Positions 18,514 through 28,828 are shown, counted from the stretch's first letter. The stretch is DNA of 64,000 bases from an uncultured Mycoplasma sp. (GCA_945947035.1 CAMEXD010000003.1:19760-83759); one strand, 5' to 3'. Notes: a model not told the origin generated them from the letters alone. Made by a program: numbers and translations.

Positions 18514-20166
18514 CTATATTTCTGAAACTACAGTAATAATCATTGGAATTGATCCTGTTTCTTCATAGAAATAGTCTCCAAGCTTTTCACGAATTTTATT
18601 TTTAAGTTTAGTAAAATCAACTTTTTTACCTGCACTTATATTTTCTTCGATAACTTGTTTTGATATTTCTTCCATTTTTAAAACCATATCAAGATTGTCT
18701 TTAACATAAATGAATCCTCTAGTTAAAATTTGGGGATTAGCAAGTATTTTTTTAGTTTTTTTATCAAGTGTTGCGCTTACTATTACAATACCATTTTTAC
18801 TTAATAATTCACGATCTTTTAAGACTAAATCTCCAATATCATCTGCATTTTTTCCATCAATTAAAATTTCATCTGTTTTAATGTGAATTTTTTCATTATC
18901 AATTAGTTTTCCATCTTCAAAATAAGCAACATCACCATTTAATTTTAAAATGATATTTTCTTTTGGAATACCAACATATTCTGCTAAAGTAGCATTCATA
19001 TACATAAAACGATATTCACCTTTTATTGGCATATAATATTTTGGATTCATAAGATTCATCATAAGCATTAAATCTTCTTTTGATGCATGATGTAATAAAT
19101 GATCTTTTGGTGATAAGCTTATTACTTCAACATTTTTTCTTGATAAATCATCAAGTATTTTGGCATGTTTTTTTTCATTGCCAGAATATGTTGGTTCAGT
19201 TATTAAAACAGTATCATTATCTTTAAATGTTATATATTTATCATAACCATTTAATATTTTTTCTAAACTGCCATAAGGATTATCTTTATCATCACTTACA
19301 AATATTATAACATCTTTATCATTTATGTTTGATAAATCCCCTATTTTATCTTTATCAAATTCTAAGTATCCTAGTTCTAAACATTTATCAACTGTTTCTT
19401 GTAATTCTTTACCCATTAAAACAACTTTTCTTCTGGTTTTTCTTATTTGTTCAAACATCTCTTGCATACGATAAACATGACATGGAAAAACACTCATTAT
19501 AATTCTATTTTTTGTTTTATTTAAAGTATCCCAAACTACTTTATGAATTCTATTTTTAGGACTAGTATGTCCATCACGATAAGCATACATTGATTCTGCC
19601 ATTAAACATAGTACTCCTTGTTTTCCAACATAAGCTAATTTTCCTATATCAGTTTTATAAGCACCAAGCATAGTAGAATCAAATACAAAGTCAGTTGCAT
19701 AAACAATAGCTCCATCTTCTGTATATAAAACATATAAAACAGTTTCAGGAAGCGAATGAGTTACACAAATTGGAAATATTGAAAAATTATCAATGTCTAT
19801 TTTCGAATGAGGTCTTATCTCTTTTAAATTAGTCGCTTTTATTTTATATCTTGTAAGATCTTCATTTAATAAATTCATTGTATATTTTGTAGCATAAACA
19901 GGTATATCAGGTAATGCTTCAAGTATATCTGCCATAGCTCCCATGTTTCCTTCATGTCCATGTGATAAAAAGATTCCTTTAATGTTATCTTTATTTTCTA
20001 TTAAATAATCTAATTTTGGTATTATATAGTCTATTCCAAGCATATTACTACTTGGATATTTTAATCCAGCATCAAATATAAATATATTGTTATCAACATC
20101 AACAACATACATATTTTTTCCGTTTTCATTTAGTCCTCCAAGACCAAATATTTTAATTTTACTCAT
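18514..20166 (-). CDS. Ribonuclease J family protein with degenerate metallo-beta-lactamase motifs
   Basis: Overall RNase J architecture (MBL, beta-CASP and C-terminal domain). Motif 2 reads HGHEGN instead of HxHxDH, and PIKGEYRF replaces P[IV]HGEYR. Confidence 0.85.
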   Translation of the reverse strand: MSKIKIFGLGGLNENGKNMYVVDVDNNIFIFDAGLKYPSSNMLGIDYIIPKLDYLIENKDNIKGIFLSHGHEGNMGAMADILEALPDIPVYATKYTMNLLNEDLTRYKIKATNLKEIRPHSKIDIDNFSIFPICVTHSLPETVLYVLYTEDGAIVYATDFVFDSTMLGAYKTDIGKLAYVGKQGVLCLMAESMYAYRDGHTSPKNRIHKVVWDTLNKTKNRIIMSVFPCHVYRMQEMFEQIRKTRRKVVLMGKELQETVDKCLELGYLEFDKDKIGDLSNINDKDVIIFVSDDKDNPYGSLEKILNGYDKYITFKDNDTVLITEPTYSGNEKKHAKILDDLSRKNVEVISLSPKDHLLHHASKEDLMLMMNLMNPKYYMPIKGEYRFMYMNATLAEYVGIPKENIILKLNGDVAYFEDGKLIDNEKIHIKTDEILIDGKNADDIGDLVLKDRELLSKNGIVIVSATLDKKTKKILANPQILTRGFIYVKDNLDMVLKMEEISKQVIEENISAGKKVDFTKLKNKIREKLGDYFYEETGSIPMIITVVSEI

Positions 20167-20414
20167 AAATACTCCTTTCATTAATTTTTAAAGTTCAAGC
20201 GACTATATAATTATAACATAAATATTCAATTTAAACAAATTTTAATTTGGTAATTTATGGAAATTTAACGTTTTAACTCTCCTTTTTCATCTCTTATATA
20301 AGATATCGAATTATTTTCCTTATTTAAATTTGTATAATTTTTTAGTAATAAGATACAAAAGAGATGCACACATTTACACCTCTTTATTGTATTATGCTAT
20401 AACCAATATATCAT

Positions 20415-20774
20415 TTAGTACTTTTTATAGAAATCTTTATGAATATCAAGTTTTATTCCATTTATTATGATAGTTTTTTCATCTATCCATTCCATTTCTG
20501 CATCTTTTTCATGATATGCCCAATATATATTAAATTTTTTATTAGTATTATTATTTACAACTTATACCCTTAAACTCCAATCCATTGAAGCTCCTCCACT
20601 ATATCTGTATGAATTAAGAGTATATTCTCCAGTTGGTGAATTTAAGCTTTCAATATATTCACCTTCTGGTAAATTAACCATTCTAAAACGAGAGAAAAAA
20701 ATTATATAGAAAAATAGTATTAAAATTAATAATATAAAAATTTTTTTCCAATGTTTTTTAATTATTTTCATCAT
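20415..20774 (-). pseudogene. DUF5412-family small membrane protein gene interrupted by an in-frame TAA
   Basis: The 70-aa ORF ends ...GGASMDWSLRV-TAA. The same frame continues VVNNNTNKKFNIYWAYHEKDAEMEWIDEKTIIINGIKLDIHKDFYKKY-stop (20415), matching the DUF5412 C-terminal half. Confidence 0.7.
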
Positions 20775-21300
20775 ATGCTAACGCTCCTATTCTTATAGAA
20801 TAACTTTTTCTTGAATCATCACAGGTAGAAAAAGTTAAATAATTCATATAAATATTAGTTTATCCAAATGTTCATATAATTGATAAATAAAAAACTACAA
20901 TATCATGAAATTTAATTACTATCTTTTATACTTAAATTCTTCTAAAACTTCCTTTTCATCTCGGACATAGTATATCACACATTTTCTTTTGCTTCAAAAA
21001 TTACCATATCTTGCCCTGTGTGATTTCTTATTATCTCATTATTAACTATTTTTATTTAATAAATTATAGATATTTAACTCATATTCTTTTTTATTTTTTA
21101 TATTTTCTTCATTATCATACTTATACCTATATCTATCACTGGAAATTTTTACCAATTAAATTTTATTTGAAGTTTTATTACCATTGATATGAATATTCTG
21201 TTTTAAAGTAATACTAAAACTGCTTAATATTCTTGCAAAATCATGATTATATTTAAAACATTATCATAAGTTATATTATATTCGTTTTTCTGTTTTTTCA

Positions 21301-23067
21301 TTAGTCAATTTCACTTAAATATTTTTTTAAATCTATAGCAACATTTTCTGGGATTATTTTAGAAAGTTCTTCAATACTTGCTTCTTTTATTTTAGTTATT
21401 GATTTATATTTTTTTAGTAATTCTTTTTTACGTTTTTCGCCAATACCAGAAACGTTATCTAAAATACTTGATATTAATCCTTTAGTTTTTATATCCCTAT
21501 GGTAACTTATTGCAAAACGATGAACTTCATCTTGCATTCTAGTTAAATATAAAAATAAATTATTATCTTTAGGAAGTGGTATTTCAATATTATTTGAATC
21601 TACAATAACACTTGTTTTATGTTTATCATCTTTTTTTAATCCTATTACTTTTATTGGAAGATTTAAACTATCTAATACTTCTTTAGCAGCATTAACTTGC
21701 AATTCTCCACCATCGACAATAATTAAATCTGGTTTTTCTAAATCTTCTAATAAGACTTTGTAATATCTTCTATAGATTACTTCTTTCATCGCTGATAAAT
21801 CATCTTTTACATCAGTACTTATTTTATATTTACGATACTCCTTTCTTGCTGGTTCCATATTTTTGTATACAACCATGCCACCAACATAGAAAGTTCCAAA
21901 AAGATGCGAATTATCAAAAAGTTCGATACGATCTAGTTTTTCAAGATTTAAAATATGTTTTAATTCTTCAATTATTTTTTCTTTAATATTTTTATCTTTT
22001 TTTAACTCTTCAATTTTATTATTTAAAGTAATACTTGCATTATTATTAGCCATTTCTAATATCTTTTTAATATTTCCTTTTTCTGGTGTTATAACATTTA
22101 TATTTAAATAATTAGAGATAAGTTCTTTATCAAAATCATCATTTACTACAATTTCTTTAGGCAATTCATATTTTTCATAAAAATCTATAACATATCTTGT
22201 TGTAAAATCATCATCAAAATAGTTTTCATTAAATATTTTATGAACTCTCCCAATTATAACACCACGCCTTACAATAAGTGTTTCAATCACTTTAAAGTTA
22301 TCTTTAGAAAAGGTGCCAAAAACATCAAAATCATAAGAAATATTTGAAACTATAATTTGTTTACTTATAGTTTCTTTTATAGCTTCAATTTCATGTTTTA
22401 TAAGATTTGCTTTTTCATAATTTAAGTTTTCACTTTCTTTATACATTTCCTCTTCAAGCTTATTAGTTAATTTTTTATAATCACCATTTAAAATAGTTGT
22501 TATTTCTTTTACCATTTGAGATATTTTTTCTTCACTTATTTCATATTTACAATAACCTAAACATTCATTGATATGATAATATAAACATAAATCTTTTTTT
22601 AAATTATTACATTTTCTTAATGGATAAATTCTATTTATAATATCTACAGTAGTTCTTGCACTTGTAACATTTGGAAAAGGTCCAAAAAGTTTATTTTTAG
22701 TTTTTTTACGTTTTTTACTTCTTATTATTTTTAAAGTGGGATATTTTTCATTTGTCAACATTATATAAGGATAAGTTTTATCATCTTTTAATAAAATATT
22801 ATATTTAGGATCATATTTTTTTATCAAGTTTATTTCTAAAATAAATGATTCCATTTCACTATTAGTTACAATGTATTCAAAATCTGCAATATTATCAACT
22901 AAAGCTTTGGTTTTTCCAGTGTGAATTTTATTAAAGTAGGAACTAACTCTTCTTTTTAAATTTTTTGCTTTTCCTACATATATTATTGTTCCATTTTTAT
23001 CTTTATGTAAATAACATCCTGGTTTTTCAGGTACTAATGCTAATTTTTCTTTTATCATAACAATCAT
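21301..23067 (-). CDS. uvrC: Excinuclease ABC subunit C (UvrC)
   Basis: GIY-YIG N-terminus GCYLHKDKNGTIIYVGKAKNLKRRVSSYF and a C-terminal HhH. An alternative start lies at 23058. Confidence 0.95.
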   Translation of the reverse strand: MIVMIKEKLALVPEKPGCYLHKDKNGTIIYVGKAKNLKRRVSSYFNKIHTGKTKALVDNIADFEYIVTNSEMESFILEINLIKKYDPKYNILLKDDKTYPYIMLTNEKYPTLKIIRSKKRKKTKNKLFGPFPNVTSARTTVDIINRIYPLRKCNNLKKDLCLYYHINECLGYCKYEISEEKISQMVKEITTILNGDYKKLTNKLEEEMYKESENLNYEKANLIKHEIEAIKETISKQIIVSNISYDFDVFGTFSKDNFKVIETLIVRRGVIIGRVHKIFNENYFDDDFTTRYVIDFYEKYELPKEIVVNDDFDKELISNYLNINVITPEKGNIKKILEMANNNASITLNNKIEELKKDKNIKEKIIEELKHILNLEKLDRIELFDNSHLFGTFYVGGMVVYKNMEPARKEYRKYKISTDVKDDLSAMKEVIYRRYYKVLLEDLEKPDLIIVDGGELQVNAAKEVLDSLNLPIKVIGLKKDDKHKTSVIVDSNNIEIPLPKDNNLFLYLTRMQDEVHRFAISYHRDIKTKGLISSILDNVSGIGEKRKKELLKKYKSITKIKEASIEELSKIIPENVAIDLKKYLSEID

Positions 23068-23819
23068 CTCACATTATAATTTGTAGGAAGTTTATAAATT
23101 GGCAAATTACATGTTTTGGAATTTATATAATTTATTACATCGCCCAAGGTTACATTATCTACACCAAATTTCTTGCAGAAACACTTTTGAATTTCAAGTG
23201 AAATATATTCATCCAATTCATATTTAGTATCGTTAAAATCATTTAATAAATCTTTATCATCAGGTTCTTTTTTTATCGCTTCAATAGTTGTATACATTTC
23301 TCTTAAAATATCATTATAATATTCCATATCACAGTTATAACCCTCGAATTTCAAGTATTTAATTATATTATCAGTTGTATGTTTTATGTTAATATAACTT
23401 GTTGATTTAAATGAAATAATTGGCAAATCTTTCATTTCATAATCCATATACTTTTCTGGAACAATTATTCCTTTAATATTTTTCAACTCTACTTTATCTT
23501 TAACAAATACTTCATCAGAATAGTTAAAATATGCATCTTGTGTATTATAGATAAAATCTTGATCTTCAACAATAAAACTAATTCCTTTTAATACATATTT
23601 TTTATAAGCAGAATTTTCATCATCTTTATTTACATACATATATCTTGTCATTGAAATATAATTATCGAAATTGTATCCAAAATAATTTTTAGAATAACTA
23701 ATATTTTCTTTTTCTGCTTCTTGTTTTGATAATATACCATTTGTTAAAATACTATATAATTTATAAACATCAAATCCTATAGAGTGTAATAACGAATTTT
23801 CACTAAATATATAATTTTC
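23064..23819 (-). CDS. Hypothetical protein, stop overlaps the uvrC start
   Basis: 251-aa ORF from MENYIFSEN after a GGTGA RBS. No family recognised. Confidence 0.6.
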   Translation of the reverse strand, partial: ENYIFSENSLLHSIGFDVYKLYSILTNGILSKQEAEKENISYSKNYFGYNFDNYISMTRYMYVNKDDENSAYKKYVLKGISFIVEDQDFIYNTQDAYFNYSDEVFVKDKVELKNIKGIIVPEKYMDYEMKDLPIISFKSTSYINIKHTTDNIIKYLKFEGYNCDMEYYNDILREMYTTIEAIKKEPDDKDLLNDFNDTKYELDEYISLEIQKCFCKKFGVDNVTLGDVINYINSKTCNLPIYKLPTNYNVR

Positions 23820-23960
23820 CATATAAATCACCACTATTATTATACTTTATTTTGCTTATAATTAAAAGTAGTTATATAAGTTAACTTGAAATTATATAAA
23901 AATTGTGATATGTTGAATTCATCAAGAAAACTTGAATAAATTAAGAAAGGAATTAATGTT

Positions 23961-24533
23961 ATGTATACGATTAATGATTCTAAACCCTATATTTTAGAAC
24001 AAAAAAAATCTAAATTTATTGGGCTTTTATATAATGTAAAAGATACCTATTCTGTTAAAGATATATTAGAAAAGTTAAAAACAGAATATAAAGATGCTAC
24101 TCACATTTGTTATGCCTATAAAATAAATGATGCGATAAAATGTTTTGATGATAATGAACCAAATAAAACTGCTGGTTTTAAAATACTTGATGCTATAACA
24201 TCAAGCAATCTAGATTTTGTCTTAGGAGTAGTAATTAGATACTTTGGTGGTGTAAAACTCGGTGTTGGTCCCCTATCAAGATGCTATTATAAAGTAACAA
24301 AAGAAGCAATTAAAAATAGCAAGTTAATAGAAATAGACAATAAAATATCAATTATTTTAGAAACAGCTACCACTAATTTAAAATTATTAAATAACATAAC
24401 AAAAAATTTCCAAATAATAAATAAACAATTTAATGAAACTGTAATTTATGAAATAAAAATTGACGAAGAAAAACTTAATAGTTTTATTAAGAAATTAGAA
24501 AATACCAATATAACATATAAAAAGAAAGACTAA
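23961..24533 (+). CDS. YigZ/IMPACT family protein
   Basis: KSKFIG...DATHICYAY...NEPNKTAG...RYFGGVKLGVGPL. Confidence 0.85.
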   Translation: MYTINDSKPYILEQKKSKFIGLLYNVKDTYSVKDILEKLKTEYKDATHICYAYKINDAIKCFDDNEPNKTAGFKILDAITSSNLDFVLGVVIRYFGGVKLGVGPLSRCYYKVTKEAIKNSKLIEIDNKISIILETATTNLKLLNNITKNFQIINKQFNETVIYEIKIDEEKLNSFIKKLENTNITYKKKD

Positions 24534-24543
24534 ATCTTTCTTT

Positions 24544-24846
24544 TTATATACTTCTAAAATTATTTACGATAATTTCTTTTGGCACAAATCCACTTTCTTT
24601 TTTTATTAATTTTCCATTGTTAAAATACATAAGTGTTGGTACAGACATAATTCCATACATTCTTGCTAAATTAGGATTTAAATCAACATCAACCTTTACA
24701 ATTTTAAAATCAGTTCTATCACTTGATAAATCTTCTAATTCTTGACCTAACATTTTACAAGGACCACACCAAGTTGCAAAAAAATCAACTAAAACCTTTC
24801 CATCTTTTATTAAAAAATCTAAATTATCATCTTTTACATATATCAT
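24544..24846 (-). CDS. trxA: Thioredoxin
   Basis: 100 aa with the WCGPCK active site. Confidence 0.92.
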   Translation of the reverse strand: MIYVKDDNLDFLIKDGKVLVDFFATWCGPCKMLGQELEDLSSDRTDFKIVKVDVDLNPNLARMYGIMSVPTLMYFNNGKLIKKESGFVPKEIIVNNFRSI

Positions 24847-24857
24847 AATATTCCTCC

Positions 24858-25562
24858 TTAATATTTAATTAAAATATCATCTAAATTAACTTTAATTTTA
24901 TTTTTATCTATTAGTTTTTCTATATATTCTTTAGTAATTATTTTATTTTTCAACATTATATCTATTGAATTTCTATTAAATTTATCGGCATCTTTATCTA
25001 CCAAATAATCTTTTCCCAAATCATAAACTTCTATAATTGTATTTTCTGTATCTTCAACTATATTTGATAAAACTGGTGAAGAATTTAAAATAACATTAGT
25101 AAATTTTGAATCTTCAATAAGATTAATCTTTAATGCTGGTTGTGTTATTACAAACAAGAAAACAAAAGCAACAATATATCCTTCTATAAGTCCAAGTAAT
25201 AATCCTAAAATCTTTGATGGTATACCAAGAACTATCGTAAACTTTAATATTTTTTCAAAAATACCAGTTATTTTTATTAAAACTGCAAGTATTGTACCAA
25301 AAAGTGCAAACATAATTAAAAATGCAAGCATTTGATACATTATAATATTAATCGATGAAAGTCCAGCAAATTCTCCAGTAAAATTAAAAAATGGTAAATT
25401 ATAACTGAAAAAGTTGGCTAAGTAATCTTTAAAATGATAAGATAAAACAAACACTAAAACTGTTCCAATTGTAACAACAGTTTGCTTAAATACTCCTCTT
25501 TTAAAACCTACTACTCCACATATTAAAATAAGGATAATTACTATAATATCAATAATACTCAT
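24858..25562 (-). CDS. CvpA family membrane protein
   Basis: MSIIDIIVIILILICGVVGFKRG N-terminus and four TM segments. Confidence 0.75.
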   Translation of the reverse strand: MSIIDIIVIILILICGVVGFKRGVFKQTVVTIGTVLVFVLSYHFKDYLANFFSYNLPFFNFTGEFAGLSSINIIMYQMLAFLIMFALFGTILAVLIKITGIFEKILKFTIVLGIPSKILGLLLGLIEGYIVAFVFLFVITQPALKINLIEDSKFTNVILNSSPVLSNIVEDTENTIIEVYDLGKDYLVDKDADKFNRNSIDIMLKNKIITKEYIEKLIDKNKIKVNLDDILIKY

Positions 25563-25673
25563 AAAAACATCCTTTCATATAATTATTATAACTTATTTAA
25601 ATAATTTATGCACGAAATATTTTATTATTTTACAAAAACAACATTAAATGATAAAATAATTATGGTGATTTAT

Positions 25674-26573
25674 ATGAATGTTGTAATAAAAGTTAGTGAT
25701 GAAACAAAAGAAAAAATGATTGATTATTATAAAGATAAAGTAAGAGAAAAAACTCCTCCTTATGCTGTATTTCAAGCTCAAGAAGAAGATACAATAATTA
25801 CTTTATATACTTCTGGAAAATGCATGTTTCAGGGAGTAACTGCATATGTTGATGCTGATATGTGGAAAGCTGTTGATGGTCAAAGTAAAACACCTAAAAT
25901 TGATTATGAAAAATATTATAATTCTACTGCAGTTGGATCTGATGAAGTTGGAACTGGAGATTATTTCGGACCAATTGTTGTAACTGCTTCTTTAGTAAAA
26001 CGTGAAGACATCAAATTTTTAGAAGAACTTGGTATAAAAGACTCTAAAAAACTAACTGATGAATTCATTTTAAATGTTGTTCCAAAAATAATATCTAAAA
26101 TAAAATATAAAAGTACAATTTTAACTAATGAAGAGTATAATAAAAAATATAGTAAAGAAACTAATATGAACAAGATAAAAGCTATTATGCATAATAAAGT
26201 TTTATATAGTTTATTATCTGAAATTGATATTAAACCTGATTATATAATAATTGATGAATTTGCTAAAGAAGAAAGATATTATTTTTACATAAAAGAAGCA
26301 ACTAATATTGTAAAAGATGTCACTTTTATTACTAAAGCTGAAGATAAAAATTTAGCAGTAGCAGCTAGTTCTATGATAAGTAGATATATATTTTTAAAAG
26401 AATTTGATAAATTATGCGATACTTATAAAATGCCTTTACCTAAAGGAGCTGGTTCTAATGTTGATTCTATTGGTGAAGAACTTGTTGAAAAATATGGTAA
26501 TGATGTTTTAGATAAAGTTGCTAAAAAGAATTTTTCTAATACTAAAAGAATATTAAAAACTATGATTTTTTAA
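25674..26573 (+). CDS. rnhC: Ribonuclease HIII
   Basis: N-terminal DUF3378-like domain plus an RNase HII/HIII core GSDEVGTGDYFGP. Start at MNVVIKV; the track's N-terminal extension is rejected. Confidence 0.88.
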   Translation: MNVVIKVSDETKEKMIDYYKDKVREKTPPYAVFQAQEEDTIITLYTSGKCMFQGVTAYVDADMWKAVDGQSKTPKIDYEKYYNSTAVGSDEVGTGDYFGPIVVTASLVKREDIKFLEELGIKDSKKLTDEFILNVVPKIISKIKYKSTILTNEEYNKKYSKETNMNKIKAIMHNKVLYSLLSEIDIKPDYIIIDEFAKEERYYFYIKEATNIVKDVTFITKAEDKNLAVAASSMISRYIFLKEFDKLCDTYKMPLPKGAGSNVDSIGEELVEKYGNDVLDKVAKKNFSNTKRILKTMIF

Positions 26574-26585
26574 GTCATAGTTTTT
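26556..26585 (+). terminator. rnhC terminator hairpin
   Basis: AAAACTATGA-loop-TCATAGTTTT spanning the stop codon. Confidence 0.55.
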
Positions 26586-26588
26586 ATA

Positions 26589-26851
26589 TTGTCGAATTAT
26601 GTTGTAATTTTTGGTACGATTAGGTATTAACTAAAATTATTAGTTATGCTATTATAACAATCGATTTCTAAATCAAATTAGAAATCAAGTATAATCATTC
26701 ATTTTTAAGCCCATTTAAAAAAACATAAAATTAACTTTCTATCATACACCTTAAACTCATTTTTTATGTAATGTAATTTTTATTTTTATCAATAATTCAC
26801 TTCTTAATAATTTTATGTTTTTTATAGATTCTATTTTGAATCTATTTTTTT
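26589..26851 (+). ncRNA. Non-coding module 1 of a tandem pair (candidate small RNA gene)
   Basis: Begins TTGTCGAATTATGT...TTTTTGGTACGATTA (TGnTACGAT extended -10-like). Internal hairpin GATTTCTAA-N6-TTAGAAATC (26663..26686). Ends in TAGATTC-N6-GAATCTA-T7 (26825..26851). No conserved ORF. Confidence 0.35.
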
Positions 26852-26860
26852 CTTCTTAAA

Positions 26861-27154
26861 TTGTCGAATTATGTCATTATTTTTGGTACGATTATATCTT
26901 ACTAAAATAATAATCTTATGTTAGTATATATAGCGATTTCTAAATTAATTAGAAATCAATAACATCTTTTTTACACATCGAAAGATAAATATAATTATTT
27001 ATCTAAAAAAAATTAATACTATGTTATTTTATCATACAACAAAAATTTTTTATGTTATCTCCTTCTTAAAAACAAAACCTTTAGACACTTCAACAACCTA
27101 TTTTATAGTATTAATTTTTTATAGATTTTAGATTACTCTAAAATCTATTTTTTT
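26861..27154 (+). ncRNA. Non-coding module 2 of the tandem pair (candidate small RNA gene)
   Basis: Same start motif 272 nt downstream of module 1. Hairpin GATTTCTAA-N5-TTAGAAATC (26935..26957). Terminator TAGATTTTA-N8-TAAAATCTA-T7 (27122..27154). Confidence 0.35.
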
Positions 27155-28118
27155 ATATTTTAGTAAGAAACATTTCCATACCTAGTTTTTTATCTATAGA
27201 ACCACTTTTTATACTGATATCAAGTTCACTTAATTCTTTTAAATATTTAAGTAATTTGTTTTTATCATAAGCGTATGCTTCTTCTTTTAATTTCATTAAC
27301 CTGTAAGGTTTTTTGATTTTAAATATAGTCATAAGTTCATTATCTGTTTTTACTTTTACTAATATTTTTAATTTATATAGTAATCTAAAGGTATTAGCTA
27401 GAGTTGCTATTATTTTTAATTCATCTTCTTTATTATCAATTAATTCATAATATATTTCAAATATTTTTTTATAATTTTTTTCATCAATTGCTTTTATAAA
27501 ATCAAAGATATTTTTATCAAATCCTTTTTTTACTATACTTTTAATATCATCTGTTGTTATTTCTTTTTCTTCTTGTTTTAGCATTTTTAATTTATTTATC
27601 TCTTGAACTATTTTATAATAATTATAATTAGTATATTCTTTTAACATATTTAAAGCTCTAAAGTCTATTTTATATCCCTTTAATTCTTCTTTTACAAAAC
27701 TATCAATATTAGTATTTGATGTATCTATTACTTTACCATTTTGTCTTATTAGTTTTACTATTTTTTTTCTTTCATCAACTTTTAAAGCAGTTAAAATAAG
27801 GATATTGTCATCTTTACTTTTTTCTAAGTAATTTATTAATTCTTTATTTTTTTCTGATGTCTTTTCTTTTATTTGTTTTTGTTCTTCTTCATCTAATTCT
27901 TCTTTCTCCTCTTCATCTTTTTCTAGTTTTTCAAAAGAATTAACCACAACTATTTTTTTACTAGAAAATAAATCCACTGTATTTAATTCATCAATTACCT
28001 TAAAAATTGAATCTTCTTCTAAATCATATTTAATCAAAGAATAATCTGTTTCTTGTTTTAATATTTTATCTATTTCTAAATTTATTAAAGATTTTTCTCC
28101 TAAAATAAGATATGTCAT
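27153..28118 (-). CDS. holA: DNA polymerase III delta subunit (HolA)
   Basis: N-terminal YLILGEKSLINLEIDKIL...LFSSKKIVVV pattern and length. Contains an acidic insert EKDEEEKEELDEEEQ. Confidence 0.7.
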   Translation of the reverse strand: MTYLILGEKSLINLEIDKILKQETDYSLIKYDLEEDSIFKVIDELNTVDLFSSKKIVVVNSFEKLEKDEEEKEELDEEEQKQIKEKTSEKNKELINYLEKSKDDNILILTALKVDERKKIVKLIRQNGKVIDTSNTNIDSFVKEELKGYKIDFRALNMLKEYTNYNYYKIVQEINKLKMLKQEEKEITTDDIKSIVKKGFDKNIFDFIKAIDEKNYKKIFEIYYELIDNKEDELKIIATLANTFRLLYKLKILVKVKTDNELMTIFKIKKPYRLMKLKEEAYAYDKNKLLKYLKELSELDISIKSGSIDKKLGMEMFLTKI

Positions 28119-28141
28119 AAAAACCACCTATAAATAGTATA

Positions 28142-28828
28142 CTAAATTTTTATGACATTTTTAAGTTTTTTTATTACTTTTTTTTCTATTCTAGAAATAT
28201 AAGATTGACTTATTTGTAATTTTTCTGCAACATCTTTTTGAGTCATTTCATTAACTCCATTTAAGCCATATCTTAAAACCATTATTTCCTTGTCTCTTTT
28301 GTCTAATTTATCTAATTCTTCTTTCAATATTTTTTTATCTATTTCCATATCTAAATCTTTAGTTACAATATCAGGATCTGTTCCTAAAACATCTTCTAAA
28401 TGTAATTCGTTACCATCTGCATCAAAACTTAAGCTTTCTTCAAAAGATACATCTCCTTTTGTTTTTTTATTTTTTCTTAAAAACATTAATATTTCATTAT
28501 CTATACATCGAGAACAATATGTTGCAAGTTTAATATTTTTTCCTCTTTTATAAGTATTGATACCTTTTATTAAACCAATACTTCCAATACTTACTAAATC
28601 TTCTAAATCAATATTAGTATTTTCATATTTTTTTGCAAGAAATACAACAAGTCTTAAATTATGTTCAATAAGCTTATCTCTTGCTTGTTTGTTCCCTTGT
28701 TCTTTTTCAATTATGTATTTTTCCTCTTCTTCTTTTTCTAAAGGTGGTGGTAAAGCATCAGCACTTCCAACATAATAAATACCATCTTTTGTAAAAAACT
28801 GCTTAATAAATTCTAATAATTTTTTCAT
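28142..28828 (-). CDS. sigE: Sporulation sigma factor SigE (pro-sigma-E)
   Basis: YYVGSADALPPPL...NLRLVVFLAKKYENTNIDLEDLVSIGSIGLIKGINTY...ISQSYISRIEKK. Overlaps spoIIGA by 4 nt. Confidence 0.92.
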   Translation of the reverse strand: MKKLLEFIKQFFTKDGIYYVGSADALPPPLEKEEEEKYIIEKEQGNKQARDKLIEHNLRLVVFLAKKYENTNIDLEDLVSIGSIGLIKGINTYKRGKNIKLATYCSRCIDNEILMFLRKNKKTKGDVSFEESLSFDADGNELHLEDVLGTDPDIVTKDLDMEIDKKILKEELDKLDKRDKEIMVLRYGLNGVNEMTQKDVAEKLQISQSYISRIEKKVIKKLKNVIKI

